Positions 28,607-37,214 of a stretch of DNA of 64,000 bases are shown one piece after another. The position numbers and the translations under genes are program-made. The stretch's first letter is position 1. Each line of letters begins with the position of its first letter. The DNA comes from an uncultured Verrucomicrobiae bacterium (lineage in GTDB: Bacteria > Verrucomicrobiota > Verrucomicrobiia > Chthoniobacterales > JAATET01): NCBI GenBank assembly GCA_963749035.1, contig CAVVKW010000004.1, positions 1,335,550 through 1,399,549 on the forward strand, given 5' to 3'. The notes beneath the pieces were generated by a model, which did not search any database, had not been told where the DNA came from, and saw only the letters and a program-made list of their open reading frames with translations.

Positions 28607-29026
28607 TCATTCCCCGATCACGACCACGTCCAGCGTCCGCCGGTGCGACGCCCGCCGATGCTCGAAAACGAAGATCCCCTGCCACGTCCCGAGCGACGTC
28701 CGCCCTTTGACCACCGGCACGGTTTCACTCGACCGCGTCAACGCCATCCGCAAGTGACTCGTCGTGTCGTCCGAACCCTCCGCCGTGTGCACCCAGCCCG
28801 GATCATCCTCCGGCACCAGCTCTTCGAAGTATCGGTGCAAATCTTCCCGCGCCGACGGATCTGCGTTCTCGTAGATCACGAGACTCGCACTCGTGTGCCG
28901 CAGAAACACGGTCACCAGCCCGGTCTGCACCTTGCTCTCCCGCACGATCCGCTCGACGTCCGCCGTGATTTCGTAAGTCCCCTTCCCCGAGGTCCGCACC
29001 TCGATCCGTTCGCTTTTCGTTTTCAT
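28607..29026 (-). CDS. YjbQ-family protein (secondary thiamine-phosphate synthase enzyme, UPF0047)
   Basis: 139 aa. LRHTSASLVIYENADP and LGTWQGIFVFEHR signatures. Confidence 0.85.
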   Translation of the reverse strand: MKTKSERIEVRTSGKGTYEITADVERIVRESKVQTGLVTVFLRHTSASLVIYENADPSAREDLHRYFEELVPEDDPGWVHTAEGSDDTTSHLRMALTRSSETVPVVKGRTSLGTWQGIFVFEHRRASHRRTLDVVVIGE

Positions 29027-29033
29027 TGCGCCT

Positions 29034-29378
29034 TCATTTCCCTCGAAACAACAGCAAACCCCACCCCGCGATCAACGCCGTTCCACCGATCGGAGTGATC
29101 GCCCCCAGCCAACCCACGTTCGTCACCGCCAGCAGGTAAAGCGATCCCGAGAACACCAGCACGCCGCCCGTCCAGAGCCCCGTCATCCAGCGATCCGCCC
29201 GACCCGCCAACGCAAGCGCCAGCAGTGCCACGGCGTGGACCAAATGGTAAAACGCCGCGGTCTCCCAGTTACCTACCCGCCCGTTCGCCTCCAGCAGCCC
29301 CGCCAAACCGTGTGCGCCGAAAGCCCCCAGTGCCACACCGGTCAGGCCAAGCACCGCCGCGATGCGAATCGCACTCAT
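29034..29378 (-). CDS. DUF423 (YgdD-like) membrane protein
   Basis: 114 aa with four hydrophobic helices. GVALGAFGAHGL motif. Confidence 0.75.
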   Translation of the reverse strand: MSAIRIAAVLGLTGVALGAFGAHGLAGLLEANGRVGNWETAAFYHLVHAVALLALALAGRADRWMTGLWTGGVLVFSGSLYLLAVTNVGWLGAITPIGGTALIAGWGLLLFRGK

Positions 29379-29478
29379 TCCGCGGGGACCGCGAGCTTCC
29401 AGCTCGCCGACGCGGGCATCCTGCCCGCGACCTCACCCCAACAGCGAAGCTGCACTTCCCCCCACTCAGTGCCCCGCC

Positions 29479-30459
29479 TCACAGCAGATCCGCCACCATC
29501 TCGCGCTCCTGCCGAAGCTCCTCGACGGTCGCGTCGACCTTGGTCTGGCTGAATTCCGACAGCTTCACGTCTTGCACGATCTCGACCTTGTTGCCGTCCG
29601 ACCGCACCGGGAAGGAGCACATCAATCCCTCTTCGATCCCGTAGCTTCCGTCGGAACACACCGCGACGCTGTGCCAGTCGTCGCCCTTCGTCGGAGTCAC
29701 GATCGACTGGATGGTCTCGATCGCCGCGTGCGCCGCCGAAGCCGCCGACGACAACCCGCGTGCCGCGATGATCGCCGCACCCCGCTGCTGCACCGTCTTG
29801 ATGAACTCGCCCTCCAAATATGCGGTATCCGTGATCACTTCTCCGACCGGTTTTCCGTCGATGCGCGCATTCCCGAAGTCCGGGTAGAGCGTCGCAGAAT
29901 GATTACCCCAGATCGCCAGCCGATCCACGTCGCTCCAATGCTTCCCAGCCTTCAGTGCCAACTGCGTCTTCGCCCGATTTTCGTCGAGCCGCGTCATCGC
30001 GAACCAACGATCCGCCGGCAGGTCTTTCCCGTTGTTCATCGCGATCAGGCAGTTCGTGTTGCAGGGATTTCCCACCACCAGCACGCGAGCATCCGCCGCC
30101 GCGTTCTTGGCAATCGCCTCGCCCTGACCCACGAAAATCTTCCCGTTGATCCCCAGCAGATCTTTGCGCTCCATCCCCGCCTTGCGCGGCACGCTGCCGA
30201 CCAGCATCGCCCAGTTCACACCGTCAAACCCCGCGTCGAGATCCGAAGTCCCGTCCACGTCCGCCAAGAGCGGAAACGCGCAATCGTGCAGTTCCATGAT
30301 CACGCCCTCGAGCGCCTTCATTCCCGGCTCGATCTCGATCAAACTCAGTGAAACCGGTTGGTCAGGACCAAAAACACCGCCGGACGCGATCCGGGGAAGA
30401 AGTGAATAACCGATCTGGCCCGCCGCACCGGTGACCGCAACTTTAATGGGAGCTTTCAT
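29479..30459 (-). CDS. mdh: Malate dehydrogenase
   Basis: 326 aa. NAD fold [10 protein letters not shown], substrate Arg context, IWGNHS motif of the LDH-like/cytosolic-type MDH. Confidence 0.95.
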   Translation of the reverse strand: MKAPIKVAVTGAAGQIGYSLLPRIASGGVFGPDQPVSLSLIEIEPGMKALEGVIMELHDCAFPLLADVDGTSDLDAGFDGVNWAMLVGSVPRKAGMERKDLLGINGKIFVGQGEAIAKNAAADARVLVVGNPCNTNCLIAMNNGKDLPADRWFAMTRLDENRAKTQLALKAGKHWSDVDRLAIWGNHSATLYPDFGNARIDGKPVGEVITDTAYLEGEFIKTVQQRGAAIIAARGLSSAASAAHAAIETIQSIVTPTKGDDWHSVAVCSDGSYGIEEGLMCSFPVRSDGNKVEIVQDVKLSEFSQTKVDATVEELRQEREMVADLL

Positions 30460-30616
30460 ACCGACCTAGATTGCCTGAATCGCCCCAATTCACGAAAGCA
30501 CAATTCCGCAACGATCCCGTCACCACCGATCTTTCCCACATTTTTCAAGACCACCCCGCCCTTTCCTGATTCAGTTCGCGAAAGTCCCGGGACGAACAAA
30601 CCCAACGAATCACCCC

Positions 30617-31801
30617 ATGCAAGACGTCAGCTTCAACGGCAAAACCTTTCGCGCCGCCTTCGTCCTCGTCCTGGTTCTTGGTATCAGCCTGCTCTTCCTC
30701 GCGGTCACCTGGCCCTTTCTCCAAGCCCTTCTTCTCGGCGCGATCTTCGCCGGGCTCTGCACTCCGATCTACCGGTGGCTGGTCAAGATCTTCCGCGGCC
30801 GCCGCTCACTCGCCTCCGGTGTCACGCTCCTCATCCTGTTTCTAATCATCGTCGGGCCGCTCAGTGCCTTTCTCGGCATCGTCGTCAAGCAGGCCATCGG
30901 CGTCAGCGACACCGCCATCCCCTGGGTCCAAGCGCAGTTCTCAAACTCCGACACCCTCGATCCACACGCCTGGCTCGTCGAGCGCCTCCCCGTCGCCGCT
31001 GATCTCGTTCCCAGCAAGGAAGAGATCATGAAAAACGTCAGCATCGCCGTGCAGGGAGCCGGCACCTTTCTCGTCAGCAGTGCTTCGAGGCTGACCGCTG
31101 GCACCGCCGGACTGCTTCTCGATTTCTTCGTCATGTTCTACGCGATGTTTTTCTTCCTGAAAGACGGTTCCCGCATCCTCGAGAAGATCTTCTACTACAT
31201 GCCGCTCAGCCACGATGACGAGGTTCGCATGTTGGAGCGCTTCATCTCCGTGACCCGGGCCACGATCAAAGGCACGCTCCTCATCGGCCTCATCCAAGGC
31301 AGCTTGGCCGCATTCTCCTTCTGGCTCGCCGGCATCCAGGGCATCGCGTTCTGGGGCACGGTCATGGTCATCCTCTCGGTCATCCCCGGCATCGGCTCCG
31401 CCCTCGTCTGGATCCCCGCCGTCATCTACCTCTACATCTCCGGCGAACCCTTCAAAGCCACCGCCGTAGCCATCTGGTGCGCCGCCATCGTCGGCACGGT
31501 CGACAACGTTCTTCGGCCCATTCTGGTCGGCAAGGACGCCAAAATGCCCGACCTCCTCATCCTCGTCGGCACGCTCGGCGGCTTGTTTCTCTTCGGCCCG
31601 ATCGGCTTTATCGTCGGTCCCGTCGTCTGCGGTCTGTTTCTGACCGCCTGGGACATTTACGGCACCGCCTTCGCGGAAATCCTGCCCCCGGTCAAAAAAC
31701 TCCGTCTCGGCCAAGGCGTCCGCAAGAAAGTGGATGAGCCGAGCTGGTCCGAGCCGCCCCCCATCAAGCCGGACGACGCCCCGAACGATACCGAACGATA
31801 G
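30617..31801 (+). CDS. AI-2E family transporter (PerM-like permease)
   Basis: 394 aa with about 8 TM segments. Conserved C-terminal block DNVLRPILVGK ... LGGLFLFGPIGFIVGPV. Confidence 0.85.
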   Translation: MQDVSFNGKTFRAAFVLVLVLGISLLFLAVTWPFLQALLLGAIFAGLCTPIYRWLVKIFRGRRSLASGVTLLILFLIIVGPLSAFLGIVVKQAIGVSDTAIPWVQAQFSNSDTLDPHAWLVERLPVAADLVPSKEEIMKNVSIAVQGAGTFLVSSASRLTAGTAGLLLDFFVMFYAMFFFLKDGSRILEKIFYYMPLSHDDEVRMLERFISVTRATIKGTLLIGLIQGSLAAFSFWLAGIQGIAFWGTVMVILSVIPGIGSALVWIPAVIYLYISGEPFKATAVAIWCAAIVGTVDNVLRPILVGKDAKMPDLLILVGTLGGLFLFGPIGFIVGPVVCGLFLTAWDIYGTAFAEILPPVKKLRLGQGVRKKVDEPSWSEPPPIKPDDAPNDTER

Positions 31802-31832
31802 CCGGGGCGGCGCCGAGCCGTCTCGCCGGAAA

Positions 31833-33437
31833 ATGGCCTCGTCCCCCTCCCCGCCGTGTGATTCCATCCCGCGGACCGTGAAACCGTATTTCATCACCAC
31901 CGCGATCGACTACACCAACGGCGCCCCGCACACCGGGCACGCCTACGAAAAGGTCCTCGCCGATGCCCTCGCCCGCTTCCAACGCCAGTCTGGACGCGAC
32001 GTGTTCTTCCTGACCGGCGTCGACCAGCACGGCCAAAAAGTCCAGCAATCTGCCGAAAAACTCGGCATCCAACCCGCCGAATTTGTCGAAAATCTCACCG
32101 CCCAGTTCCGCTCCCTCTGGAGCGATCTCGCCATCAGCAACAATGCCTGGGCCGCCACCACCGACCCGCTCCACGTCCGCTGCGTGCAAGGCATCCTTCA
32201 GCAACTTTTCGACGCTGGCCAGATCTACCGCAGCACCCAGACCGGCCACTACAGCGTCCGCCAGGAACAATTCGTCACCGACAAGGAACGCGGACCCGAC
32301 GGCGAATTCGGCCCCGAGTGGGGCGAAGTCACGCTCATCGAGGAAGAGAACTACTACTTCCGCCTCGAGAAACACCGCGACTGGCTCCTCGACTACGTCG
32401 ACACCCACCCCAACTTCATCACTCCCGAATTCCGTCGGACCGAACTCCGCAACGCCGTCGAAAAGCTCACCGGCGACCTCTGCATCTCCCGCCCCAAGTC
32501 CCGCCTCCAGTGGGGCATCGAGCTCCCCTTCGACCCCGACTTCGTCACCTACGTCTGGTTCGACGCCCTCATCAACTACATCTCCTTCGCCGGCTACGAA
32601 CCCTCATCCCCACTCAACACTCAACTCTCAACACTCAACTTCACCTGGCCCGCGCTCCACGTCATCGGCAAGGACATTCTCATCCCCGCCCACGGCGTTT
32701 ACTGGCCCATCATGCTTCACGCCATCGGCTTCCCCGACGACGCCATCCCACCGCTCCTCGTTCACGGCTGGTGGAACATCTCCGGCGCGAAGATGAGCAA
32801 AAGCCTCGGCAACGTCGTCGCCCCCACCGAACTCATCGAACGCTACGGCGCCGATGCCGTCCGCTATTATCTGCTCGCCGACATCGTCACCGGACGCGAC
32901 GCCGACTTCAACCCGACCCGCCTCGAAGAGCGCTACAACTCCGATCTCGCCAACGGCATCGGCAACCTCCTCAACCGCACGCTGAACATGGCGAAAAAGT
33001 ATCGCGAAGGAGTCCTCCGATCCGACACCACCGACGGACTCCGCCCCGCCGCCGAGTCCGCCGTCGCGGCCTACACCGCCGCCTTCGAGCGGTCCGATCC
33101 TCGCGCCGCCATCGACGCCATCGTCGACCTCGCCAACGCCGCCAACCAACACGTCGACCAGTCCGCCCCGTGGAAACTTGCCAAGTCTGAGAGTGACGCC
33201 GCCGCTCTCGACACCGTCCTCTACCACCTCGCCGAAACGACCCGCATCCTCGCCATCCTCCTCAACCCCATCGTCCCGACCGCAGCGGAGAAGATCGCCA
33301 CCCAACTCGCCATCGACCCCGCCACCCTCACGATGGCCAACGCGACCTGGGGCGGCCTCCCCGACGGCCACACCCTCTCCGCCCCATCGCCGGTCTTCCC
33401 CCGAATCGACACGACGAAGTCGAGTGTTGAAAGTTGA
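31833..33437 (+). CDS. metG: Methionine--tRNA ligase
   Basis: 534 aa from ATG 31833. HIGH-type HTGHAYE and KMSKSLGN. The track ORF from 31734 overlaps the preceding permease. Confidence 0.95.
   Translation: MASSPSPPCDSIPRTVKPYFITTAIDYTNGAPHTGHAYEKVLADALARFQRQSGRDVFFLTGVDQHGQKVQQSAEKLGIQPAEFVENLTAQFRSLWSDLAISNNAWAATTDPLHVRCVQGILQQLFDAGQIYRSTQTGHYSVRQEQFVTDKERGPDGEFGPEWGEVTLIEEENYYFRLEKHRDWLLDYVDTHPNFITPEFRRTELRNAVEKLTGDLCISRPKSRLQWGIELPFDPDFVTYVWFDALINYISFAGYEPSSPLNTQLSTLNFTWPALHVIGKDILIPAHGVYWPIMLHAIGFPDDAIPPLLVHGWWNISGAKMSKSLGNVVAPTELIERYGADAVRYYLLADIVTGRDADFNPTRLEERYNSDLANGIGNLLNRTLNMAKKYREGVLRSDTTDGLRPAAESAVAAYTAAFERSDPRAAIDAIVDLANAANQHVDQSAPWKLAKSESDAAALDTVLYHLAETTRILAILLNPIVPTAAEKIATQLAIDPATLTMANATWGGLPDGHTLSAPSPVFPRIDTTKSSVES
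32611..32638. repeat. Heptamer tandem repeat CACTCAA x4 inside the metG coding sequence
   Basis: CACTCAA CACTCAA CTCTCAA CACTCAA, read directly. Translates in frame as part of PLNTQLSTLN. Confidence 0.85.
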
Positions 33438-33495
33438 GTGTTGAGTGGAGAGCCCTCTGCATCTCAGGCCACTCAACACTCAACACTCAACACTC
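33422..33495. repeat. Long hairpin built from inverted heptamer arrays (TTGAGTG)n / (CACTCAA)n spanning the metG stop
   Basis: Arms 33422-33448 and 33469-33495 pair at 25 of 27 positions around a 20-nt loop. The metG stop TGA (33435-33437) lies inside the 5-prime arm. No U-tract follows. Confidence 0.8.
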
Positions 33496-33512
33496 ATCAC
33501 ACCCCCGCCACA

Positions 33513-34502
33513 GTGCCCTCCGACCTAGCCAGTTTCCCCTCCGCGAAGCGCCTCCGCTACCGCCTGGAACACGCCGCGCTCCGGGCCGCCGCAGACATCG
33601 TCCCCCTCCTTCCCTACGAAGCGCTCGAACCACTCGCCAACGCGATCGGCTCCGCCGCCTACCACCTCGATGCCCGCGGCCGCAACACCGCCCACGCCAA
33701 CCTCGCCGTCGTCTTCCCCGAACGTAGCGCCGACGACCGCGCCCGCATCGCCCGCGGCAGTTACCAGAGCTTCGCCCGCGCGATGCTCTGCCTCTTCTGG
33801 TCTCCCAATCTCAACCCCGGCACCCTCGATCACTACGTGTCCATCGAGGGCCTGCACGATCACCCCATCCACCTCGACCCGACCCGAGCCGGACTCTACT
33901 ACACGTTTCATTTTTCGAATTTCGAATGGTTCGGCCACGCCAGTGCCAACGCCGTCACCCCCGGCCTCATCGTCACCCAGCAATTCAAAAATCCCCTCAT
34001 CGGCCCCATCTTCGATTCCCTGCGTTCGAACTGCGGTCACACCGTCGTTCCCCAGACCCGCGCCATCATCCGGATCCTCAAACATCTCAAAGCCGGCAAG
34101 AAAACCGGCGCCGTCACCGACCTCAGCCTCGACCCGAAGCACGGTGCCATCCCCATCAAATGCTTCGGCCTCTGGACGCCAGCCAGCCCCCTCCTCTCCG
34201 TCATCGTCGAGCGCACCGACGCCCTCCTGGTTCCCTCACAGACTTTCCCTGATCCCAACGGACGCTTCCGCCTCCGCTACCATCCCCCGGTCGAACTTCC
34301 CCCGAACCCCACACCGCAGCAAGTCACTCAAGCGGCCTGGGACGTGATGGAGGTCGGCATCCGTTCCCACCCCGAATGCTGGCTCTGGGCCTACAAGCAA
34401 TGGCGCTTCCGCCCGACCGACACCGAGGGCAAAACTTACCCGACCTACGCAAATACCGCCAAACGCTTCGACAAACTCCTCGCCGAACACCGGGGAGAAT
34501 AG
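33513..34502 (+). CDS. Lipid A biosynthesis (LpxL/HtrB-type) lysophospholipid acyltransferase
   Basis: HFSNFEW acyltransferase motif; family-typical N-terminus RYRLEHAALRA. Start uncertain: GTG 33513 was chosen because the track start at 33438 lies inside the hairpin repeat. Confidence 0.72.
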   Translation: MPSDLASFPSAKRLRYRLEHAALRAAADIVPLLPYEALEPLANAIGSAAYHLDARGRNTAHANLAVVFPERSADDRARIARGSYQSFARAMLCLFWSPNLNPGTLDHYVSIEGLHDHPIHLDPTRAGLYYTFHFSNFEWFGHASANAVTPGLIVTQQFKNPLIGPIFDSLRSNCGHTVVPQTRAIIRILKHLKAGKKTGAVTDLSLDPKHGAIPIKCFGLWTPASPLLSVIVERTDALLVPSQTFPDPNGRFRLRYHPPVELPPNPTPQQVTQAAWDVMEVGIRSHPECWLWAYKQWRFRPTDTEGKTYPTYANTAKRFDKLLAEHRGE

Positions 34503-34507
34503 CCCCA

Positions 34508-34539
34508 CGCGAAGGCGCGAAGGCGCGAAGGCGCGAAGA
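34508..34539. repeat. Octamer tandem repeat CGCGAAGG x4, 5 nt after the acyltransferase stop
   Basis: CGCGAAGG CGCGAAGG CGCGAAGG CGCGAAGA, read directly. Confidence 0.85.
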
Positions 34540-34650
34540 GCATTTCCCAGCAAAGAGTCCGTCACGAATCTCTCCACGGGTCGACCAGCTTCGAGAGCGT
34601 TCATGAAAACCTCAACACTGAAGTGGAGCCGAAAAAGTGGACAGGGGAAG

Positions 34651-35577
34651 TTAGTCTGTTTTGGTTGTTAGGTTATTGAGTGAGTTTTCGTATTCGAGGG
34701 GTGATTGGTAGTCGAGGGAGCTATGGAGTCGGCGTGGATTGTAGAAGGTGTCGATGTAGTCGAAGAGCATCGCGTCGGCTTGGGCTCGGGTGGCCGGAGG
34801 GCCGGCGTGGAAGCATTCGGTTTTGAGAGTGGACCAGAACGACTCCATGGCGGCGTTATCATAGCAGTTGGCGCGTCGGCTCATGCTCGGCGTCACGCCG
34901 TGGGAGTCGAGCAGGGAGCGGAAAGCCCCAGCGGCGTACTGGCTGCCGCGGTCGGAATGGTGGAGTTGTGGACGAGTTCCTGAGAGCAAGACGGCGCGGC
35001 TGAAGGCGCTTTCGACGAGGGTGCTCTCCATGGTTGATCCCGTTTTCCAGCCAACGATCCGACGGGAAGCGAGGTTCATTTCGGCAGCCAGATAATGCCA
35101 GCCTTCATCGGTGGGTAGGTAGGTGATGTCAGCCACCTATGTCTGCCCAGGGGTAGACGAGGTCGTGTTGGTCGTATCGGACAAGAGCCGATTCGGGGCG
35201 ATGGGATGAGGGTGGCGGCTGTCGGTCGTGCGGGGCCGATAACGACCCTTGCGCAAGGCACATAGTCCTTTCTGGGACATCAAGCGCGAGATACGTCGTC
35301 GCCCGCAGACTTGCCCTTCTCGATCAAGGACGACGCGCAGCCGACGGGTCCCGTAGGTTCGGCGGTTCTCGTGGAAAGCCGCTTCGATCCGATCACTCAG
35401 ATCGGCGTCTTCGCGCTGGCGCAGACCTTCGGTCTTTTTCCCGTGGGCGTAGTAGCCGCTGCGACTGACTTCCAGAGCCAGGCAAAGCTCCTTGAGGGTA
35501 AAGGTGTTCTTTTCCATCGTCTCGATCAGCGCGAAGCGTTCCACGGTTCCTGACCCAAAATGGCGCAGGCTTTTTTT
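34651..35577 (-). pseudogene. IS3-family transposase OrfB (DDE/rve integrase core) interrupted by an in-frame TAG
   Basis: The two track ORFs (35137-35745 and 34651-35136) are in the same frame and contiguous. Sequence reads ...CAG ACA TAG GTG GCT GAC ATC ACC = PGQT*VADITY, where family members carry W (PNQxWxxDITY). DDE residues are otherwise intact (ADITY, HSDRGSQY, NAAMESFW). Confidence 0.8.
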
Positions 35578-35876
35578 AAAATGTCTCGTTGGCGGGTGGT
35601 GAACTCCAGTTCCCTTCTCAGGCGAGCGTTCTCGCTGGCGAGGTCCTGGGGCCGCCCCGCCGCCGGGACGGGTCCTCCTCCCCCCTCCGGACCCGTCCCG
35701 GCGGCGGTTCTCCCGTAAAGCTTCTTCCACCTGCCCAGGCTCCACGTCGAGATCCCCAGCTCAAGCGCCAGTTGTGTCGCGCTTCGCGTTCCGCTTTCCA
35801 GCATTTCCACGGCGCTTCGTTTGAACTCTTCGTCAAATCGTCGCCCCTTGTTCGTTTCTCTTGGTTTTTCGTTCAC
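35526..35876 (-). CDS. IS3-family transposase OrfA (HTH)
   Basis: 116 aa, GTG start. FKRSAVEMLESGTRSATQLALELGIS helix-turn-helix and a leucine-zipper-like C-terminus. Confidence 0.85.
   Translation of the reverse strand: MNEKPRETNKGRRFDEEFKRSAVEMLESGTRSATQLALELGISTWSLGRWKKLYGRTAAGTGPEGGGGPVPAAGRPQDLASENARLRRELEFTTRQRDILKKACAILGQEPWNASR
35571..35577 (-). promoter_or_regulatory. Programmed -1 frameshift slippery site (A AAA AAA) of the IS3 element
   Basis: Minus strand reads GAC ATT TTA AAA AAA GCC in the orfA frame. A -1 shift gives KKSLRHFGSGTVERF, continuous with the orfB frame. Confidence 0.7.
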
Positions 35877-35953
35877 GGCTTTTTCTTGGTCTATCCCGTG
35901 TCCGCATTTTCAGCACCACCTCAACACTGCTCTCGTCGAACCAACTCATCCCC

Positions 35954-35977
35954 CTTCGCGTCTTCGCGTCTTCGCGT
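35954..35977. repeat. Octamer tandem repeat CTTCGCGT x3 (= ACGCGAAG on the minus strand), just after the methyltransferase stop
   Basis: Read directly. It is the inverted orientation of the 34508-34539 array. Confidence 0.85.
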
Positions 35978-35985
35978 GAGAAAAC

Positions 35986-36771
35986 TCAGCCCTTCCGCGC
36001 CACCAAGTGCAGACGGTGCCAAAGCCAGACAACCTTCCCGTCTTCCGCCGCAACCTCGAACGCCTCCCGCGCCGCATCGGGAACCGTCCGCACCAACTCC
36101 CGCACCGCCACGCGATTCGCCTCCGAAGTCGCCGCCGTCTCGAAATACCATTCCAAATCCGGCTGCTTCAGCCGACCCACTTCGCACCGCTCCACGGCCA
36201 GACCCGCCGCATCACAAAACCCGCGCCACTCGACGGGCGGAATCAATCGGCCGTGGCTGGGATCGCGCAACTTCTCGACCTCGTGCGCCCAATTGGCCGC
36301 CACCGGATCGCCATCGGGAACCGTTCCATCGATCGCGATCAGCCACCCGCCCGGCTTCAGGACTCGTCCCACCTCCCTCACGAACGCCCCCGGATCGCTA
36401 AAATGGTGTGCCGCCACCCGGCAGCTCACCACGTCGAAACTCTCTTCGGAATCCGGCAACTCCTCCGCCGGATGGGCTTGCGTTTCGCACTTGAAACCCT
36501 CCTCCCGCAACAACCCCGAAGCGTTCTCCAGCATCCGCTCGGACACATCCGCCAGCACCAAGTCAAACCCCCGCCGCGCCAGCCACAACGCCGCGTGACC
36601 TCCGCCAGTCGCCACGTCCAGCGCTCGCCGACCCGACCCTCCGGGAAAATCCAAACCCGCCACCGCTGCTTCGAGATCCGACACGTCCGCCAACACGTGA
36701 GTCCGCCCGTAGCGCGCACTCTGGCGGTCAAACTGCTCCCGGGCCGCTCGCTGACCCGAATCCAGACTCAT
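35986..36771 (-). CDS. Class I SAM-dependent methyltransferase
   Basis: 261 aa from ATG 36771. SAM motif I ALDVATGGGHAAL and LKPGGWLI post-I region. Its ATG overlaps the stop of the upstream gene (ATGA). Confidence 0.8.
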   Translation of the reverse strand: MSLDSGQRAAREQFDRQSARYGRTHVLADVSDLEAAVAGLDFPGGSGRRALDVATGGGHAALWLARRGFDLVLADVSERMLENASGLLREEGFKCETQAHPAEELPDSEESFDVVSCRVAAHHFSDPGAFVREVGRVLKPGGWLIAIDGTVPDGDPVAANWAHEVEKLRDPSHGRLIPPVEWRGFCDAAGLAVERCEVGRLKQPDLEWYFETAATSEANRVAVRELVRTVPDAAREAFEVAAEDGKVVWLWHRLHLVARKG

Positions 36772-37214
36772 CGCACCTCCATCACGAAGATCAACCGTCC
36801 CTTCCCCCACTGCGGCCCGCGGATGAACAACGGCGCGTCCCGCGCCAACTCCACGTCCGAAGTCAGAATAAACCGATCTTCCGCGTATAACTCGATGTTC
36901 AACCGGTATGCCGTTTCCGTCCGCTCCGTGCAACGAAGCTTGAGGAAAAATTTCTTCGTGGGAACCACCCATTCCTCCGTGCCCTCGAGGATCTTCTCCT
37001 TCTTCTGACGCAGCAGATAGTAGCTATTGTAACCGAAGATCTCGCGGATCTCGTCGACGAACGGCTCCAGATCCTCCTCCACCGGTTTCGCCGGCTCCTC
37101 GGTCGTCGCCAGCACCAGACCGGTCCAGATCTTATCGGCACCAGACGCCGTCGGCACACCCAGTGCCGCGCACCAGACCAACCCAACCAGCAGGACCGAC
37201 AGCCGCATTTGCAT
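36768..37214 (-). CDS. Small secreted hypothetical protein
   Basis: 148 aa from ATG 37214. Signal peptide MQMRLSVLLVGLVWCAALGVPTASG. ATGA overlaps at both ends tie it to the anti-sigma and methyltransferase genes. Confidence 0.55.
   Translation of the reverse strand: MQMRLSVLLVGLVWCAALGVPTASGADKIWTGLVLATTEEPAKPVEEDLEPFVDEIREIFGYNSYYLLRQKKEKILEGTEEWVVPTKKFFLKLRCTERTETAYRLNIELYAEDRFILTSDVELARDAPLFIRGPQWGKGRLIFVMEVR

Larger units (their letters stand above)
34619..35923 (-). mobile_element. IS3-family insertion sequence (IS407-like organisation), 1305 bp
   Basis: Terminal inverted repeats TGAAGTGGAGCCGAAAAAGTGGACAGGGGA (left) and the complement of the right end TGAGGTGGTGCTGAAAATGCGGACACGGGA match at 24 of 30 positions, with TG...CA termini. 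4-bp direct repeat ACAC at 34615-34618 and 35924-35927. orfA/orfB with an A7 slippery site; visibly lower GC than the flanks. Confidence 0.88.

Noticed and set aside
35137-35139. In-frame TAG in the IS transposase as a recoded (pyrrolysine or read-through) codon
   Set aside because: There is no supporting context (no pyl genes in the window, no obvious recoding signal). A simple TGG to TAG nonsense mutation at a conserved Trp is the most economical explanation.
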